Below are positions 25,700-39,104 of a stretch of DNA of 64,000 bases, piece by piece. Numbering within the stretch: the stretch's first letter is position 1; each line of letters opens with the position of its first letter. Position numbers and translations under genes: made by a program. The stretch is from Narcine bancroftii (Eukaryota): the NCBI RefSeq assembly GCF_036971445.1, contig NC_091478.1:32302001-32366000 (forward strand), written 5' to 3'. The notes below the pieces were generated by a model. The model searched no databases. It was not told the DNA's origin and saw only the letters and a program-made list of their open reading frames with translations.

Positions 25700-26405
25700 T
25701 TTTGGAATCGATAGATTTAGGCGTGGCCCCAGAGGGCTGAAAAATCACAAATGTCACCCCACTCCAAGAAAGGAGTGAGGCAGCAGAAAGAAAATTATGG
25801 GCCAATTAGCCTGACATCAGTGGTTGAGAAGACATTGGAGTTGATTGTAAAGGATGAGGTTATGTTGAAAAGGGGTCAAAGGAGGTTCACAAGGATGATT
25901 CTTGGAAGGGTTATCACATGAGGAAAATTTGACACCTCTTGGCCTGCATTCTGGAATTTAGGAGAATGAGGGAGGGTCTCATTGAAACATTTTGAATGTT
26001 TCTGTTCTAAGCAGGTGTCCTTCAATTCTGAAGTTATGCTCCCTTCTCCAAGTCTCTCCCATCATGGGAAACAATCTTTAGACATTTATCCCATCCATGC
26101 CTTTCCTTTCCCATGATGGGAGAGACTTGGAGAAGGGGGCATAACTTCAGAATTGAAGGACACCTGCTTAGAACAGAGGTGTATGGGAATTATTTCACCC
26201 AGAGGGTGGTGAATCTGTGGAATTTGTTGCCAGATCATTAGATGTTATTCAAGACAGAGATTAATAGGTTCTTGATGAGACAAGCCATTGAAGGTTATGG
26301 GGAGAGGCTGGGCAGTGAGGCTGAGTGGGGAAAATGGATCAACTCATGATTAAATAGTGAAGCAAACTCAATGGGTTAAATAGCCTGTTTCTACTATGTC
26401 TTATG
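25700..26405 (+). mobile_element. CR1 LINE fragment containing a 71-bp-arm inverted duplication
   Basis: CR1 ORF2/3' UTR motifs (CAGAGGGTGGTGAATCTGTGGAATT, GGTTATGGGGAGA); hairpin 26001-26177. Confidence 0.75.
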
Positions 26406-28979
26406 GGCTTGTATATCACAGATAAATTGATGAGGACGTTAAGTGAGTTCATCCATTCTTCAAATCCATTGTCTTTCAGGACTCAGTTGGCTCTTTTTGT
26501 GGTGACTCTTGGTGATATTATTTAAAACCTCTAGATTATGTTCTGTGCCCTTTGCTATTTTCCGTTCTTTCATTTGTTGCTCAACGTGGAAGATCACTTT
26601 CATCTAATGAGGGAAGATGCTGTAGGTTAATCAGGACGATGTTTCTGTTTGACAATGCCATGAAACTTGTCCTATTGAATAGACAAACAAACAGTGGGTT
26701 AATGATGGAAGAGCAATATTGTAGGAAATCTGCAGAAGTGTGGACAATCGTAACGTGGAATGGAATAATAACAGTAAATAAGAGAATATTGGTGAAGGAA
26801 TTACTGGTAATTGCTCTTGTGTTCATTATTGTTTTATACCCAGCAAGTCATTCTGAGCAATGATCCTTTGGACAGAGTCCCATGTGGGTATGATGAGTAA
26901 AGGGAAGGCCACACAAAGCTAATTTCAGATTTTTTTTTGTCTGAATTTAGAGCTTTAAAATATTGAAAGTCTTTTGTAAGACTGATAATTGGAATACTCA
27001 AAGTACACTATAAGCTTGCAGACTACAGCAAGTGCAGAAAGATCTGAGAAAGATAATGAGTTTAAAAAAAACCCCACAAAATTAGTTGAACAGTAAAATC
27101 TGCAGAAGCTGTGATTGTAGTGAAATAAACTAAATTGGGCTATGGTTTTGTGAAAGGAAAATAAGGTATTTGATTAAGTATAAAAATATCAATGAGAGTA
27201 CTGTATCACCAAAGTAATGGCTCTTATGGAGGAAGACATCAAGGAATATTGTATTTTGATTTCACTGGAAAAGTGGATGCTCTCAATTTTGCAATAAAGA
27301 GCCAATAATTAAGCTGGATAGGATAAAAATATTATTCATAGATATTTAAAAGGATAACAGTCCATAAGTTGCCAAGAACGGTCAATCAAGCAAAGATGTT
27401 CGATAAAGATTGAAATAAGAGTGGAAATCGGTCTCTAGCCTCATTCTTTAAATCAACTTTGTATATGAGGCTGTGCCAATTGACAGAAATAATGAATCTT
27501 TTGTTGACCATACAGGACAAAACTAATCATGATTTAGAAAAGTATGGATTACCAAGATGGTGGCGCTGGCTCATATACAGTAATGAGTGTTGCCACTGGT
27601 GTGGACCCAAGAACAGCAAGGGCAAGCAGAAGTGGTTTTCCATGGTTTTCTTGCCTGTAGAATGGACCCCCTGCCAAGAAAGAAAAGCCTTGAAGAGGAG
27701 CCTACAGGGTAGGAAAGCAGAGTGACAGATAAGTGAGTGACTCAGTGAACAAAGGCCACACTCCAGACTGCTTGACAACCAGCTTGTGGGAACCAGGTAT
27801 TGGGGCCAGATTCATGATGGCGAGCTGGCACTAACAGCTGCAAGGATTTGGAACCGGGCCAAGGAAGACGGTTTGCATGCCTTGACACAAGTTTGCTGCT
27901 GGATTGGACAAGAGGCCGTGCAGCTACAGAGGTTACAGGGGTACATGAAGCAGCAGCATGAGAGGGTCTATGGACACGAGGTTTCTTAAGAGGCACTTGC
28001 TTCTCTTTCTTGTCTTATTAGCAGTGCTGTATTGATGATACATCTGTATGTCTTTACAATGCAAACAAAGGAAAAGCTTTGTGTAATTTTGTGTATGTAA
28101 TAATAAAGGGAATCCTAATAGAGTAATGGGCATTGCATTTAATTTGTGTTTCATAATGAAGTAATGGACTGTTGATTCAAAAGGCATTTTACAAAAGGCT
28201 TGAGAAATAGATTTCATTTACTATTCTGAACAGCTTTCTCTATTTGACCTGCTTTCATCAAGAATTTGTGAATGCAGCCCTATCTCTGTTCTTGCAACAC
28301 TTAAAAATAACCCAATTAACTTGCCTTTCCAAATTCTATCGTTCAACTGTGTGTCTGCCTATTTCACTTGGGTTTTGTAAGGTCCTTGGAATCTGATACA
28401 AATTTCTTCCTTGTATGGTACATGTTGTCATATTTATTTCCTTGTTACAGGAGGCTATTCAGCTCACTGAGACTGCACCATTTCTCAAAGTAATTCTATT
28501 TATCCATTTATTTCCATGTAACCTGTTTTGCATGCCTAACAGCATTCTCCAAAAATAGCCAGCATGTCTTTGGGATTTAGGAAGAAACTAGAACACCTGG
28601 GGAAACCATATGTGTGGCACCTGAAGCCATGTTCTTGAATTTTATACTTTGAAATGATGCCCTGCATCCTATGTAGCCAAATAATAATCCATTGTTTATT
28701 AAAAAAAAAGCCATGATCCTATATTAATCTCAGGAGGGTGCAGCATATCTTCCCATTCTGAAAAATTAGTTGAACACCAGCTATCTCTGCTTTCTGTTAG
28801 TTCAATTTTGTACACGTACTGTCACTGTCTCTAATTGCATGGGATTCAATTATTGTAGCAAGCTGATTGTCGGTTACCTTTTTGAAGTTTGTATCTGTTA
28901 CGTCATTTACCTTGTTTGACCCTCTGTATTTGTGTCATAAAATAACTTTGCTTAAAATTGTCAAATATGATGTGTGAGA

Positions 28980-29700
28980 TGTTGCCTTCAGCAGAGTGAA
29001 TCCAAGGAAAGCTAGATGGAGTACCCAGCCAAGTACTAAAAACTTGTGCTGGCCAATGTATTCACGTATAGCTCATCCAACATCTCATTCCGGAAGGATA
29101 TAGCACACCTGTTTCAAACAGATGCAATTGTACCGGGGCCTTAGAACAGTGTGGTAATCTACCTAAATAATTACTGACCAGTGGCACTCGTATCCACAGC
29201 GATGAAGTGTTTTGTGAGGTCAGTATTGAAACATCATGCCCAGTCTTGAGAGTGGTGACATGGATCTATTCCAATCTGTCTACTGCAGCAAAGGGTCTAC
29301 AGTACATGCCATCTCATTGGCTGTACACAAAGCCCTGGAGCCCCTGGATAACAGACATATACATCAGGATGTCCTTTATTGTCTACAGTTTGGCATTCAA
29401 CACCATAATCCACTCAAAACTAATCAGTTAACCAAGACCTGGGCCTAAATACCCCACTGTGTAATTGGGTCCTGGATTTCCACACCCTCAGACCCCAAAC
29501 AGTGCGATTTGGCTCGAACATATCCTGCACAATCTCCATCAGCACTAGAGCATCACTGGGTTACATTGTTAGACCCCTGCTCCACTCCCTTTAAACCTAT
29601 GACTGTTTGGCTTCATATGACAGCATCATTTACAAATTTGGATAAAAAGAGGTGATAAGTCAACATAACGGCCTTTTATAGTGAAAATTAGCAATCTGTA
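28980..29700 (+). mobile_element. Degenerate Rex1/Babar-like LINE RT fragment
   Basis: Remnants RVNPRKA..., P-VALVSTAMKCF, SLAFNTIIH. Confidence 0.7.
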
Positions 29701-30398
29701 AAGACAAGTTTCCTCTGCCTTTAAGATGCTCCACTTGCCTGCATAAAAGTCCAAAGGTGGATTGGCTGGTCCAACTAGCTCCGGATTCCCTGCACCAAGT
29801 CGCTCCACCTCCTATGTTAAAGGATTACTGCTGAAAATGGCTCTAAACAGGAAGATAAGATGATTGTTGTCGCGATGACAGCCCTGTCGCCCCACTGTGC
29901 TGTCACAGAGTGGCTGGCGGAGCTTTCAAGCTGCACTCACTCACTCAAGCCGCTCACCCGCTCTCTTGGGCCTCACCACTCCTGACAGGGCTGTCAAGAT
30001 GGATTGTTGTGGTGCTGCTAGTTGGCAGATGGGGCAAGAGAATGGGGGTCTGGAAGAGAGAGGGAGGTGTGGGGAATGGAGGAGGAAGAAAGCAGGGTGG
30101 TGGGGCTAAGGCAGCAGGGCGAGGGGGCTGTCACAGGTGGCCGCTGCTATGCTACATATCGTGCTCTCCTTTTGCCCTGGGAAGCCAGCATGCTCCTCTG
30201 GGCAACGTAAAAGGACTGTGCGATCTGCCTTTTCTGTCCTCTGCATAAAAGGCAAATTTGCTTTTTTTTAAAACATGAGCAGTTGATAATGTGGCTTTTG
30301 TGCACAAAAAACCAATTTACAGGAGGGGGATTGAAAATTTGGCTGAAGGGTGAATTAACAATAATCTCTTATTCAAAATCAAGGAGCTAAATGTAGAC

Positions 30399-30671
30399 CA
30401 GTGGTTCTCAACCTTTTTCTTTCCACTCACATATCACTTTAAGTAATCCCTATGATTAGTAATGGATTGCTTAAGGTAGTTTGTGAGTGGGAAGGGAAGT
30501 TTGAGAATCACTACGCTAGACCGAATTGTTACTGAAATATTTTGCTTGAGAAAAATTGTCATTGGCCCATTTCCTTTGGAGTGATGAAACCGTGCACATA
30601 ACGAGTCAGTGAGGTACAATTAAAACAGTGGTTTTCAAACGTTTTATTTCCACCCCCATACCATCTTAAGC
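30399..30671 (-). mobile_element. Compound hAT MITE (second module truncated), nested in a Rex1-like element
   Basis: CAGTGGTTCTCAACC start, shared core, second CAGTGGTTTTCAAAC at 30626. Confidence 0.75.
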
Positions 30672-31345
30672 CAGAGGTGTACTATCCAGTGATCATTGGG
30701 GGAATCAGAGATGGAGAGGGTAAGAAAATTTAAATTCCTGGGAGACACTATCTTGGAGGACTTTGTAATGTCATTGTGAAAAAGCACACCAGGATCTCTA
30801 CTTCCTCTGGACTTTGAGGAGGTTTGATATGACTTTGGAAACCTTGGCAAACTTGCAGATACGTAGTTAAAAGTGTGCTGACGGCTGCATCATGCCCTCT
30901 GAGCAAAAAGCCCTACAAAAAGTAATGTACACAGCACAGTACATCACAGGCAAAACCTTCCCATCATTGAGAAAATCTACATGGAATGCTTTTGCTTCCC
31001 TGGAGAGCAGCCAAGCACTACCTTGGACATGCCTTGTTCTCGTGGCTGCCTTCAGGAAAGAGGTAGGGGAGTTCCAAGTCTCATGCCACCAGGTTCAGGA
31101 ACAGCTACTACTCCTCCACAATCAGACTCCTAAACAAAAAAACTCAATCAGAGACTCATTCAAGGATTCTTTTCACATTTTTTTTCTGTATTCAGTCAGT
31201 TTGTTTCTTTGTTCGTATTTTTCTCTCTTGTATACATATTTTTCTTGTGTACAGTTTACAGTTACTGATAAATAGAAATTTTGGACTGGCTAGCAGAAAT
31301 AAAAAATCTCAGGGTTGTAGGTGATGTCATATATGTACCAACAAT
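30672..31345 (+). mobile_element. Rex1/Babar-like LINE 3' end
   Basis: FKFLG...EQKALQKVMYTAQYITG...TTRFRNS remnants and an AATAAA tail. Confidence 0.65.
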
Positions 31346-32556
31346 AAATTTTAACTTAACTTTATTTGCAGTTGTAGCAGAAATCAGCCTTGTTTTTAAA
31401 GGGCCATTTGAGGTTTTCTCCTTGGATGACCATTATTTCTAAAAAGCTTCCCACACCACACATCAGGCTGATTTTTGTTTTTTGTCCACTGCAAGTAAAC
31501 AATGAAGAAACACAACATGCCCATAATAAAAGAAAGTGAGGCTTGACAAACAGGCTGGTGAGTTTATTGAACAGGATTAACGTTAAACACTGGAATAGTG
31601 CACTCAGTAGCTGATTAAAAAATACAGATCCAGAGACTGACCTGCTCTTGGCTAAAACTAACGAACTCTCAATCTCGTGACTCCCCTGAACAATTTAGTA
31701 CTCTAGATAGAATTCTAATGTAGCTTTGAAAAGCAAACTAAGGGTTGAGTCTCATGTGGTCTCTGGGTCAATAGATTACTTGGCTTATCTGGTTGATGTA
31801 TTTTTTTTTATACAGAAATTGTCATGTTTTGGCAAAAATTGTATTGGATTCTTGGTGACACAAATTAGTGCCTCTGGCAAGAAATATGATTTTTAGGAAA
31901 CTAATGTCTCTTCCCAATATTTTTTTGTTATTTTCATGACTTTTCACATTAACTTTCAAGCCTTGCAATTAATACTACGAGTACTTTTCTAGTGATGAAA
32001 TTCTCTCACCCAGAAAAATAGTGTAGAACCTCAACCTCTCAGTCTCTGATTAATTGTTAATTTTTTAAAATTAATGACAGAACCAGATGTTTTTATTTTG
32101 ATATTATTCAATCTCTCTTTTACTTCCTTCATTCTCTCTTGTTTCTGCCCTGATTTGACATTAAATTCATCCACTTTGTTTTTAATCCTTCTTTTGGTCT
32201 TTATTTGGATTTTTAAAAATTCTTGGGGCAACAATAGCAAATACCAGAGGATATCTGTTGAGTGAAGGAAAGTTTAGGGGAGATGTCAGAGGAAAGTTTT
32301 CATTTACACTAGAGAGTGGTGGGTGATGGAATGCGTTGCTGGGAATGGTGGTGTAGGCTGGTACAATAGGGACATTCAAATGCCTTTTGGATAGACACAT
32401 AGATGTGAGGAAAAAGAGAGGGTTATGGGCATGAGGGAGGATAAAATTAGATTGTTCTGGCGAAGGTTTACATAGGTCAGCACAATGTTGCGGGTTGAAG
32501 GACCAGTACTGTGCTGTAATGTTTTATGTTCTAAATTTTTATTAATATCCAAGATT

Positions 32557-32704
32557 TAATGTGTCTTAGATTTTGTACTTTAAATGAATGGGGGGGGGAG
32601 GTAGGGAGGGTGGGAGAAAATGACACTGTATATCTTTGAAAAGGAAAATGTATGTATCTTGGTCAGTGTGGTTTATGGTGTGAAAAATAAAAAATTTAAA
32701 AAAA
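32557..32704 (+). mobile_element. Short L1 3' tail insertion with TSD
   Basis: Same tail as 12500-12660 (TGGTGTGAAAAATAAAAAATTTAAAAA); TSD AATATCCAAGATT at 32544-32556 and 32705-32717. Confidence 0.8.
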
Positions 32705-33950
32705 AATATCCAAGATTCAATTTATTGTCATGTGGTAAAGTAGTGTCATATTACATGAAATTGCTTTTGCTTGCTGTAAGGCAGACAGATTTGCCATCAG
32801 CAGAAATTGCCTGAAGTGCATCTTACAGTCAGAAAAAGAGAAGCAAAAGAGAGTCCTCCCCCCCCCCTCCCCCACACACCCCCAGAGTCACCAAGTGTCT
32901 GTAGATTCCCGTCCAGCTCTTCTGCAGCCACACAGGGTTTAGTCCAAATCATTGCCAACCCGAGCTCCAGGTCCAAACCTCTGATATGATCAGGAAACCT
33001 TCAACTCCTTCAGCATTCTCTCGCATCTGGGTTCTGTTACCTGGTACCCCTTCAGCCAGTTTTGAGCCAGTCTCCAGCAGTCCACAGCTCGGCACAAGTC
33101 CCCTGACAGCAGTTGCCAGCAACCTGCTGCATCCGTGGGTCTTTCAGCCACAGATACTCCTCACTGGTCCGCTGCAGTGGTCACTGTCCTGTGGGTCATC
33201 TCCTCTGCTTCTCCGACGAAGGGGGGTGTAACCTGTCTGTTTTCTGGTGCCCTGTGCCAGTCCTCTGCTTCCCTGGAGTCTGCAGCTTTTTGTGGATGCT
33301 GCCATCTTAGGCACAGACCCTGTGGTCATGGAATTTTAAATAAAACTACCGTCAGCTCCTTTAAAGGGCCATTCAAAGCCTGTCTGGAGCTGATGACAGG
33401 AGTGCTATATCTCCGCTCCTTGCTCTCTGTGGGTCCGGACCAGCAGCTCCGGCAAGGCCACAACATTAGACAAGCTCTTAAAGCAATATGCAAGCAGTTC
33501 TACACAGACCTCACAATATTTTGTATATGTCACCAAGTTCATTTCCCGAAAAGGCACAAATCAGGAATTTAGTCACTGGTCATTTCTGAACCACGTGCAG
33601 TCCAGTATTTGAGTACAGATTTGGACTAGATTGTCTGTTAAATCAGTGTCTGATTAGACTCCCTATATGCCATTATTATCTAGAGCAAGAGCTATGGTAA
33701 CTTCTGCCCAAGCTTGAGATTTTTTTTCCCCAGTAAATTCTACCTGGTAGACTTTTGACTGTTTCCAATATTTTGTATAATTTCCATTTTCAGGATTAGT
33801 TACTTAAAATTAGCTGGCAGATACGCGAGGGGGTAAAAACCAACTTGATTGTTAATTTTAAAACATGCTGGCTGATTTTATGAAATTTCTGCTGCCCTTT
33901 TATTTTTGTGGCCCTAACATTGTATCTTAATTTTTTTTTGTGTATTCAAG

Positions 33951-34004
33951 AGCCAAACTGCATCATCACATGAACTTGGAACTGTTCAAACTCAACTGAA
34001 GGAT
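33951..34004 (+). CDS. CEP55: CEP55 coding exon 3
   Basis: ttcaag|SQTASSHELGTVQTQLKD|gtaagt, 54 nt; human ...EMEIQLKD. Confidence 0.88.
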
Positions 34005-35482
34005 GTAAGTACAAAACCAAAACATTATAGATGCTGGAAGTCTGAGGGTTTAAAAAATAAATGCTTGAAATATATCCCTGAAATATTCAGGTCAGGCAGG
34101 TATTGGTGAAAAGCAAAACAAATTGCAAATCTACGACATTTCAGTTCTGAAGAAAGGTCACCAACTTGAAATTCTTCTTTCCGCACAAAGAAATGATAAA
34201 AAAAATATGTATATCAAGTATATATAGAGGGATACAATTTATATTTTATATTTGTATATACCATTGTACTTGAGAGATGGTTAAATAATCCCTTTAGACC
34301 AGAGATGAGAAGTTTCTTCAACCAGAGGCATCTGTAGAATTCACTGTCACGTGCGGCTGTGAAGACCGTGTCACTTAAAGCAGAAATTGATAGGTTCTTG
34401 ATGGAAAAAAGAAGAAACTTGGGAGACCGACTCGCACAGGATGCGGGTTGCTGGTGACTTGCAATCGAAGAACTCGCACTAGGCTGTGGGTTTCTCGTGG
34501 GAACCAGGTATTGAAACTGGGATTTGAAAGGGTGCTGAGGGCAAGAAGGGCTCCCAATGGTATCGAATGTTTGGATCTGGAGCTCAGGTTGCTGATGGAT
34601 TGAACTGTGAGGCTGAGGGCGCCCTCGAGGAGAATCTGCGGATACTCAGTGTCTCTGAAGGGACACTCATCTTCTCCTATTGTTAGGGATGCTGGGCAAC
34701 CTTTTGACTGCCTTGCATCAGACAAAAGTTGAAGTGTATAATGTACAATAAAATCCCCATTATCTACCACCTACTGGGATTGCATGTGGGATAGGCAAAT
34801 TTTCTGGTTGACTTGAGACTACTCTTAAATGCCTAAATAATTCTGGCTATCCATCCCTTAGGGTGATGGTGGTTCCTTTCAGTCAGTTTGTGGGGTTTGA
34901 TATGAGGATACCCCCCCCCCCCCAACCTGCTCAGAAAAGAACAGCATGTGCATGTATGGATTTAGGTGAGAAGGGGTTTCACAGGTCCAGACCCACCCTC
35001 TCGACATCCCCTCCCAGATCCAGCAGCATGGTGAGGTCCAAGACGGCTGGGGGAAGTTCTGTTGCAGTAAATGGCCAGAGTATGCTTTGATGCAAGGGAT
35101 GCCCTTTCCATGCTTCACGGCACGTGTCTGCTAGATGGCTGTTGACCCTACAAGACGGTTCGTCCACCTTTTGATAAGTCTGGTTTTCATCCTGCAGGCT
35201 GCCTACACCCTCTGCACCAGGCAAACCTGGTGGGGGAGCCAGTTTAGTCACCAACCACCTGACCATGTGACTGGGTTACATTGGACAGAGCCTAACTAAT
35301 ACACTTGCATTAAGAAGACACCCTTTAAAAGACCAAAGACAGTGTAAAATAAGTTGAAAGAAATCAGTATTGTAGTCTTTAATTACGTAAAGTTCACTTT
35401 AACCGAGTAATCCTGTAATTTACAAGACTTGAATTTAAATTCAAACCCTAGCCATTAGTGCTGTAACAGCATTGCACTAGCT

Positions 35483-35755
35483 CTTCTTTTTTCTTCTTAT
35501 TTTTCTTTGGCTTGGCTTCGCGGAGGAAGATTTATGGAGGGGTATATCCACGCCTGCTGCAGGCTCATTGGTGACTGACAAGTCCGATGCGGGACAGGCA
35601 GGCACGGTTGCAGTGGTTGCAAGGGTAAATTGGTTGGTTGGGGTTGGGTGTTGGGTTTTTCCTCCTTTGTCTTTTGTCAGTGAGGTGGGCTCTGCGGTCT
35701 TCTTCAAAGGAGGTTGCTGCCCGCCGAATTGTGAGGCGCCAAGATGCACAGTTGG
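35483..35755 (-). mobile_element. RTE-clade LINE 3' fragment with 18-bp TSD
   Basis: Encodes RASWR...CNHCNRACLSRIGLVSH; TSD AACAGCATTGCACTAGCT at 35465-35482 and 35756-35773. Confidence 0.88.
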
Positions 35756-36734
35756 AACAGCATTGCACTAGCTACCATCATAATTAATCCCCTTCCACAA
35801 GTTTACAGAAAAGCATAACCTTTTATCCAGAATTCTGAAAACCGGCAACCTCCAAAAACCAGCACTTTTTTCGATAGATGACATCTGCTCAGCAAAGACG
35901 GAGTTTGGCACCAAACATGACATAGCGTGACCCTAGCTGAACTCCTGTGTAACCCGTCATGTTCCATTATTTTATAAGCACCTCCGAATCACCTATACTG
36001 ATGCCTGTCCAGTGTCGCAGCGCTTTCACTTGGCCCAGCGGTGGAGGCTGAATGGTCGTTGACACTCTCCATAATCCCCACACAGCTGAAACCGCTGTAC
36101 CAGCGCCAGTGCAGAGGAACCGAGAATGGGGCCATTCATGTGGCATTGGTACAGCAGGGGTTGGGGTAAAAGGGAGAGACGGCCGTGCGACTTGAGCGGG
36201 CAAGTGCTCCGCATTTGGAGTCCTGGTCAGGCCCTCGGCGCAACCCGGCTCCCCTCCACGCCAGTGTCCCGATCAGGCCCTCGGCGCAACCCAGCTCCCC
36301 TCCATGGAAATGACATCAGAAGAGTGAGCAGCATTGCTAGTTCAGCAGGGCAAACCTGCACGTGTCCAGGCAAGTCTCAGTGCTCCCTGCAGGGTCCATC
36401 CCTCCAGTCTTATTTATCTGAAAGCCTATATATCTATTTATTTATGGTTGTTTGAGTTTCCGGTTGATTGATTTCCAGATAAATGGGGGTTTTACTATAT
36501 ATAACATGCTCTACTTGGAATTAGAACAGTTCTTAAATTCTCCACTAGATGGCACAAAAGGTTTCAAATTTTTGAAAAGAACTACAGTATCTTTTCAAGT
36601 TATTTGGTATGATGAAGGAAAACTCTTCAGTATTAATGACTTTTCTCGGAACTCTTGCCAAGATGTCATTAAAAGATACTCAAATTGCCTTTTAATTGCA
36701 AAGTATTTTCACCATGGTTTGTTTGCTTACATTA

Positions 36735-37579
36735 TCTTTCTTCTTTCTTCTTTGGCTTGGCTTCGCGGACGAAGATTTATGGAGGGGGTAAAAAGTCCAC
36801 GTCAGCTGCAGGCTCGTTTGTGGCTGACCAGTCCGATGCGGGACAGGCAGACACGATTGCAGCGGTTGCAAGGGAAAATTGGTTGGTTGGGGTTGGGTGT
36901 TGGGTTTTTCCTCCTTTGCCTTTTGTCAGTGAGGTGGGCTCTGCGGTCTTCTTCAAAGGAGGCTGCTGCCCGCCAAACTGTGAGGCGCCAAGATGCACGG
37001 TTTGAGGCGTTATCAGCCCACTGGCGGTGGTCAATGTGGCAGGCACCAAGAGATTTCTTTAGGCAGTCCTTGTACCTTTTCTTTGGTGCACCTCTGTCAC
37101 GGTGGCCAGTGGAGAGCTCGCCATATAATACGATCTTGGGAAGGCGATGGTCCTCCATTCTGGAGACGTGACCCATCCAGCGCAGCTGGATCTTCAGCAG
37201 CGTGGACTCGATGCTGTCGACCTCTGCCATCTCGAGTACCTCGACGTTAGGGGTGTGAGCGCTCCAATGGATGTTGAGGATGGAGCGGAGACAACGCTGG
37301 TGGAAGCGTTCTAGGAGCCGTAGGTGGTGCCGGTAAAGGACCCATGATTCGGAGCCGAACAGGAGTGTGGGTATGACAACGGCTCTGTATATGCTTATCT
37401 TTGTGAGGTTTTTCAGTTGGTTGTTTTTCCAGACTCTTTTGTGTAGTCTTCCAAAGGCGCTATTTGCCTTGGCGAGTCTGTTGTCTATCTCATTGTCGAT
37501 CCTTGCATCTGATGAAATGGTGCAGCCGAGATAGGTAAACTGGTTGACCGTTTTGAGTTTTGTGTGCCCGATGGAGATT
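36735..37579 (-). mobile_element. Young 5'-truncated RTE-clade LINE with open ORF C-terminus
   Basis: FTYLGCTISSDARIDNEIDNRLAKANSAFGRL...QLRWMGHVSRMEDHRLPK...CNRCNRVCLSRIGLVSHKRACS*, no internal stops. Confidence 0.92.
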
Positions 37580-38110
37580 AAACAGATATACCCCTGTTTT
37601 TCTTTGGGAAGCAAGCTATTGTATATTGGTCTTTCTCCACATTTTCATAATATTTTTTCAATTGTGAGCTTGGAGGCTTTACTACTTCTACTTGTCTGAG
37701 GTAAATGGGAGAATTTGCACATACTTATGAAATCAAGTCAGCACATAACTCCACTATATATTAAAACCTTCCTCTGCTTGTTGCAAATATTTATTGATCA
37801 CTTGACCATTTTTTCTATGGTGTAGCAGGGTAGTAGTTAAGACAGCAAATAGAGAAAAAAATCTTGATCATGCATAATCGGTTGGTTGGCTTCCTCAAAA
37901 GAAACCTTGATGCTTTGTTGCCTTGAATCTTGACTTTTTAATGCTGACCATAAGATTTTAAAGCAAACAAAATATTACATTTTCTTAATTTACAGACATT
38001 GTATAAATCAAATGACATTTGTGTGTGCATAGTTTTTTAATATAGCTTTATTAAATGCACAAGTTACTTGACGATGTATGGCATAAAAAAATCTCTGGTT
38101 TTCCGTATAG

Positions 38111-38237
38111 GCTCTTGAGAAAAACCAGCAATGGCTTGTTTATGACCAACAACGGGAGGCCTACGTCAAGGGATTGCTGGCCCGGATATTTGAGCTGGAG
38201 CAGGAAACTAGAAAACATTGTGATATCAGTGGAGCAA
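38111..38237 (+). CDS. CEP55: CEP55 coding exon 4 (EABR, ESCRT/ALIX-binding region)
   Basis: gtatag|ALEKNQQWLVYDQQREAYVKGLLARIFELEQ...GA-A|gtatgg, 127 nt; donor chosen by phase. Confidence 0.95.
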
Positions 38238-39104
38238 GTATGGAGCAATATCATTCTTGAGCTTTTATTTTTTTTAAAAAATGTACATAAGTGCCACAAT
38301 ACAGTTTCTTCAAAGCATCGTTGTAGTGTGCATGCAAAGTAGAGCACTGTCTGTCAATTTTTATGTGTGAAGTTCTTAATTTGCCAATCAGGCAAATCTA
38401 TTAATGGGCCTTAAAATTGGAAGCATGTATTTTTCATATTTCATGCAACAGTTTGTTTTTTTACTTGAATTGTTACCTGCAACATCTTGATCTTAAAAAG
38501 AGCACAGGTAGCACACAACTTTCTGTGAATAATTTAAAAAGCCATTACATTCTGACTGGAAAAATCATTGAATCTTCTTATCTATTTTAGGCCTCTAAAT
38601 TGCTTAATTTGTATTCTAGGCCTGTTATTTACTGCAAAATATCACTTGATTTATTTGTCTAATACTGGATCTATTGTACAAAAAAAAGGACTTTAAAATG
38701 CTTTGCTTGCAATACCTTTCTCTTTCTGGTTCTCATGAGCTTTCACTAGAATCTTTAAAATTTGTTTTGTACTGTTCTTGACAGTAAAAGAATCCTTTGT
38801 TTTCAGGAAGAGTTTTTGAATGCATTATATTTCATGAATAAGTTGATTAAGTTTTTATTAGATCAATCTTTCTAACTGTTTCAGTCAAAAGTTTGAGTAC
38901 AGATTTGTCTTGTTTACCATACTTGCTATCCAAATATACTTTAATCTTTAAATGTGTATTCTCAAATATTCAACTGATTATTTAATATACAAGTAAACAT
39001 CTAGCTGTGTTGGATTCTTTTGTTCTGTGGAAAGATTTTGGTTTTGCACCTTTTATTTTGTCATGTTCCTCTTGACTTAAAATACATTTCAATGAATCAT
39101 ACAG

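Noticed and set aside
36452-37250. 239-aa and other plus-strand ORFs (also 8432-8674 and 43728-44042)
   Set aside because: Antisense frames of the RTE element
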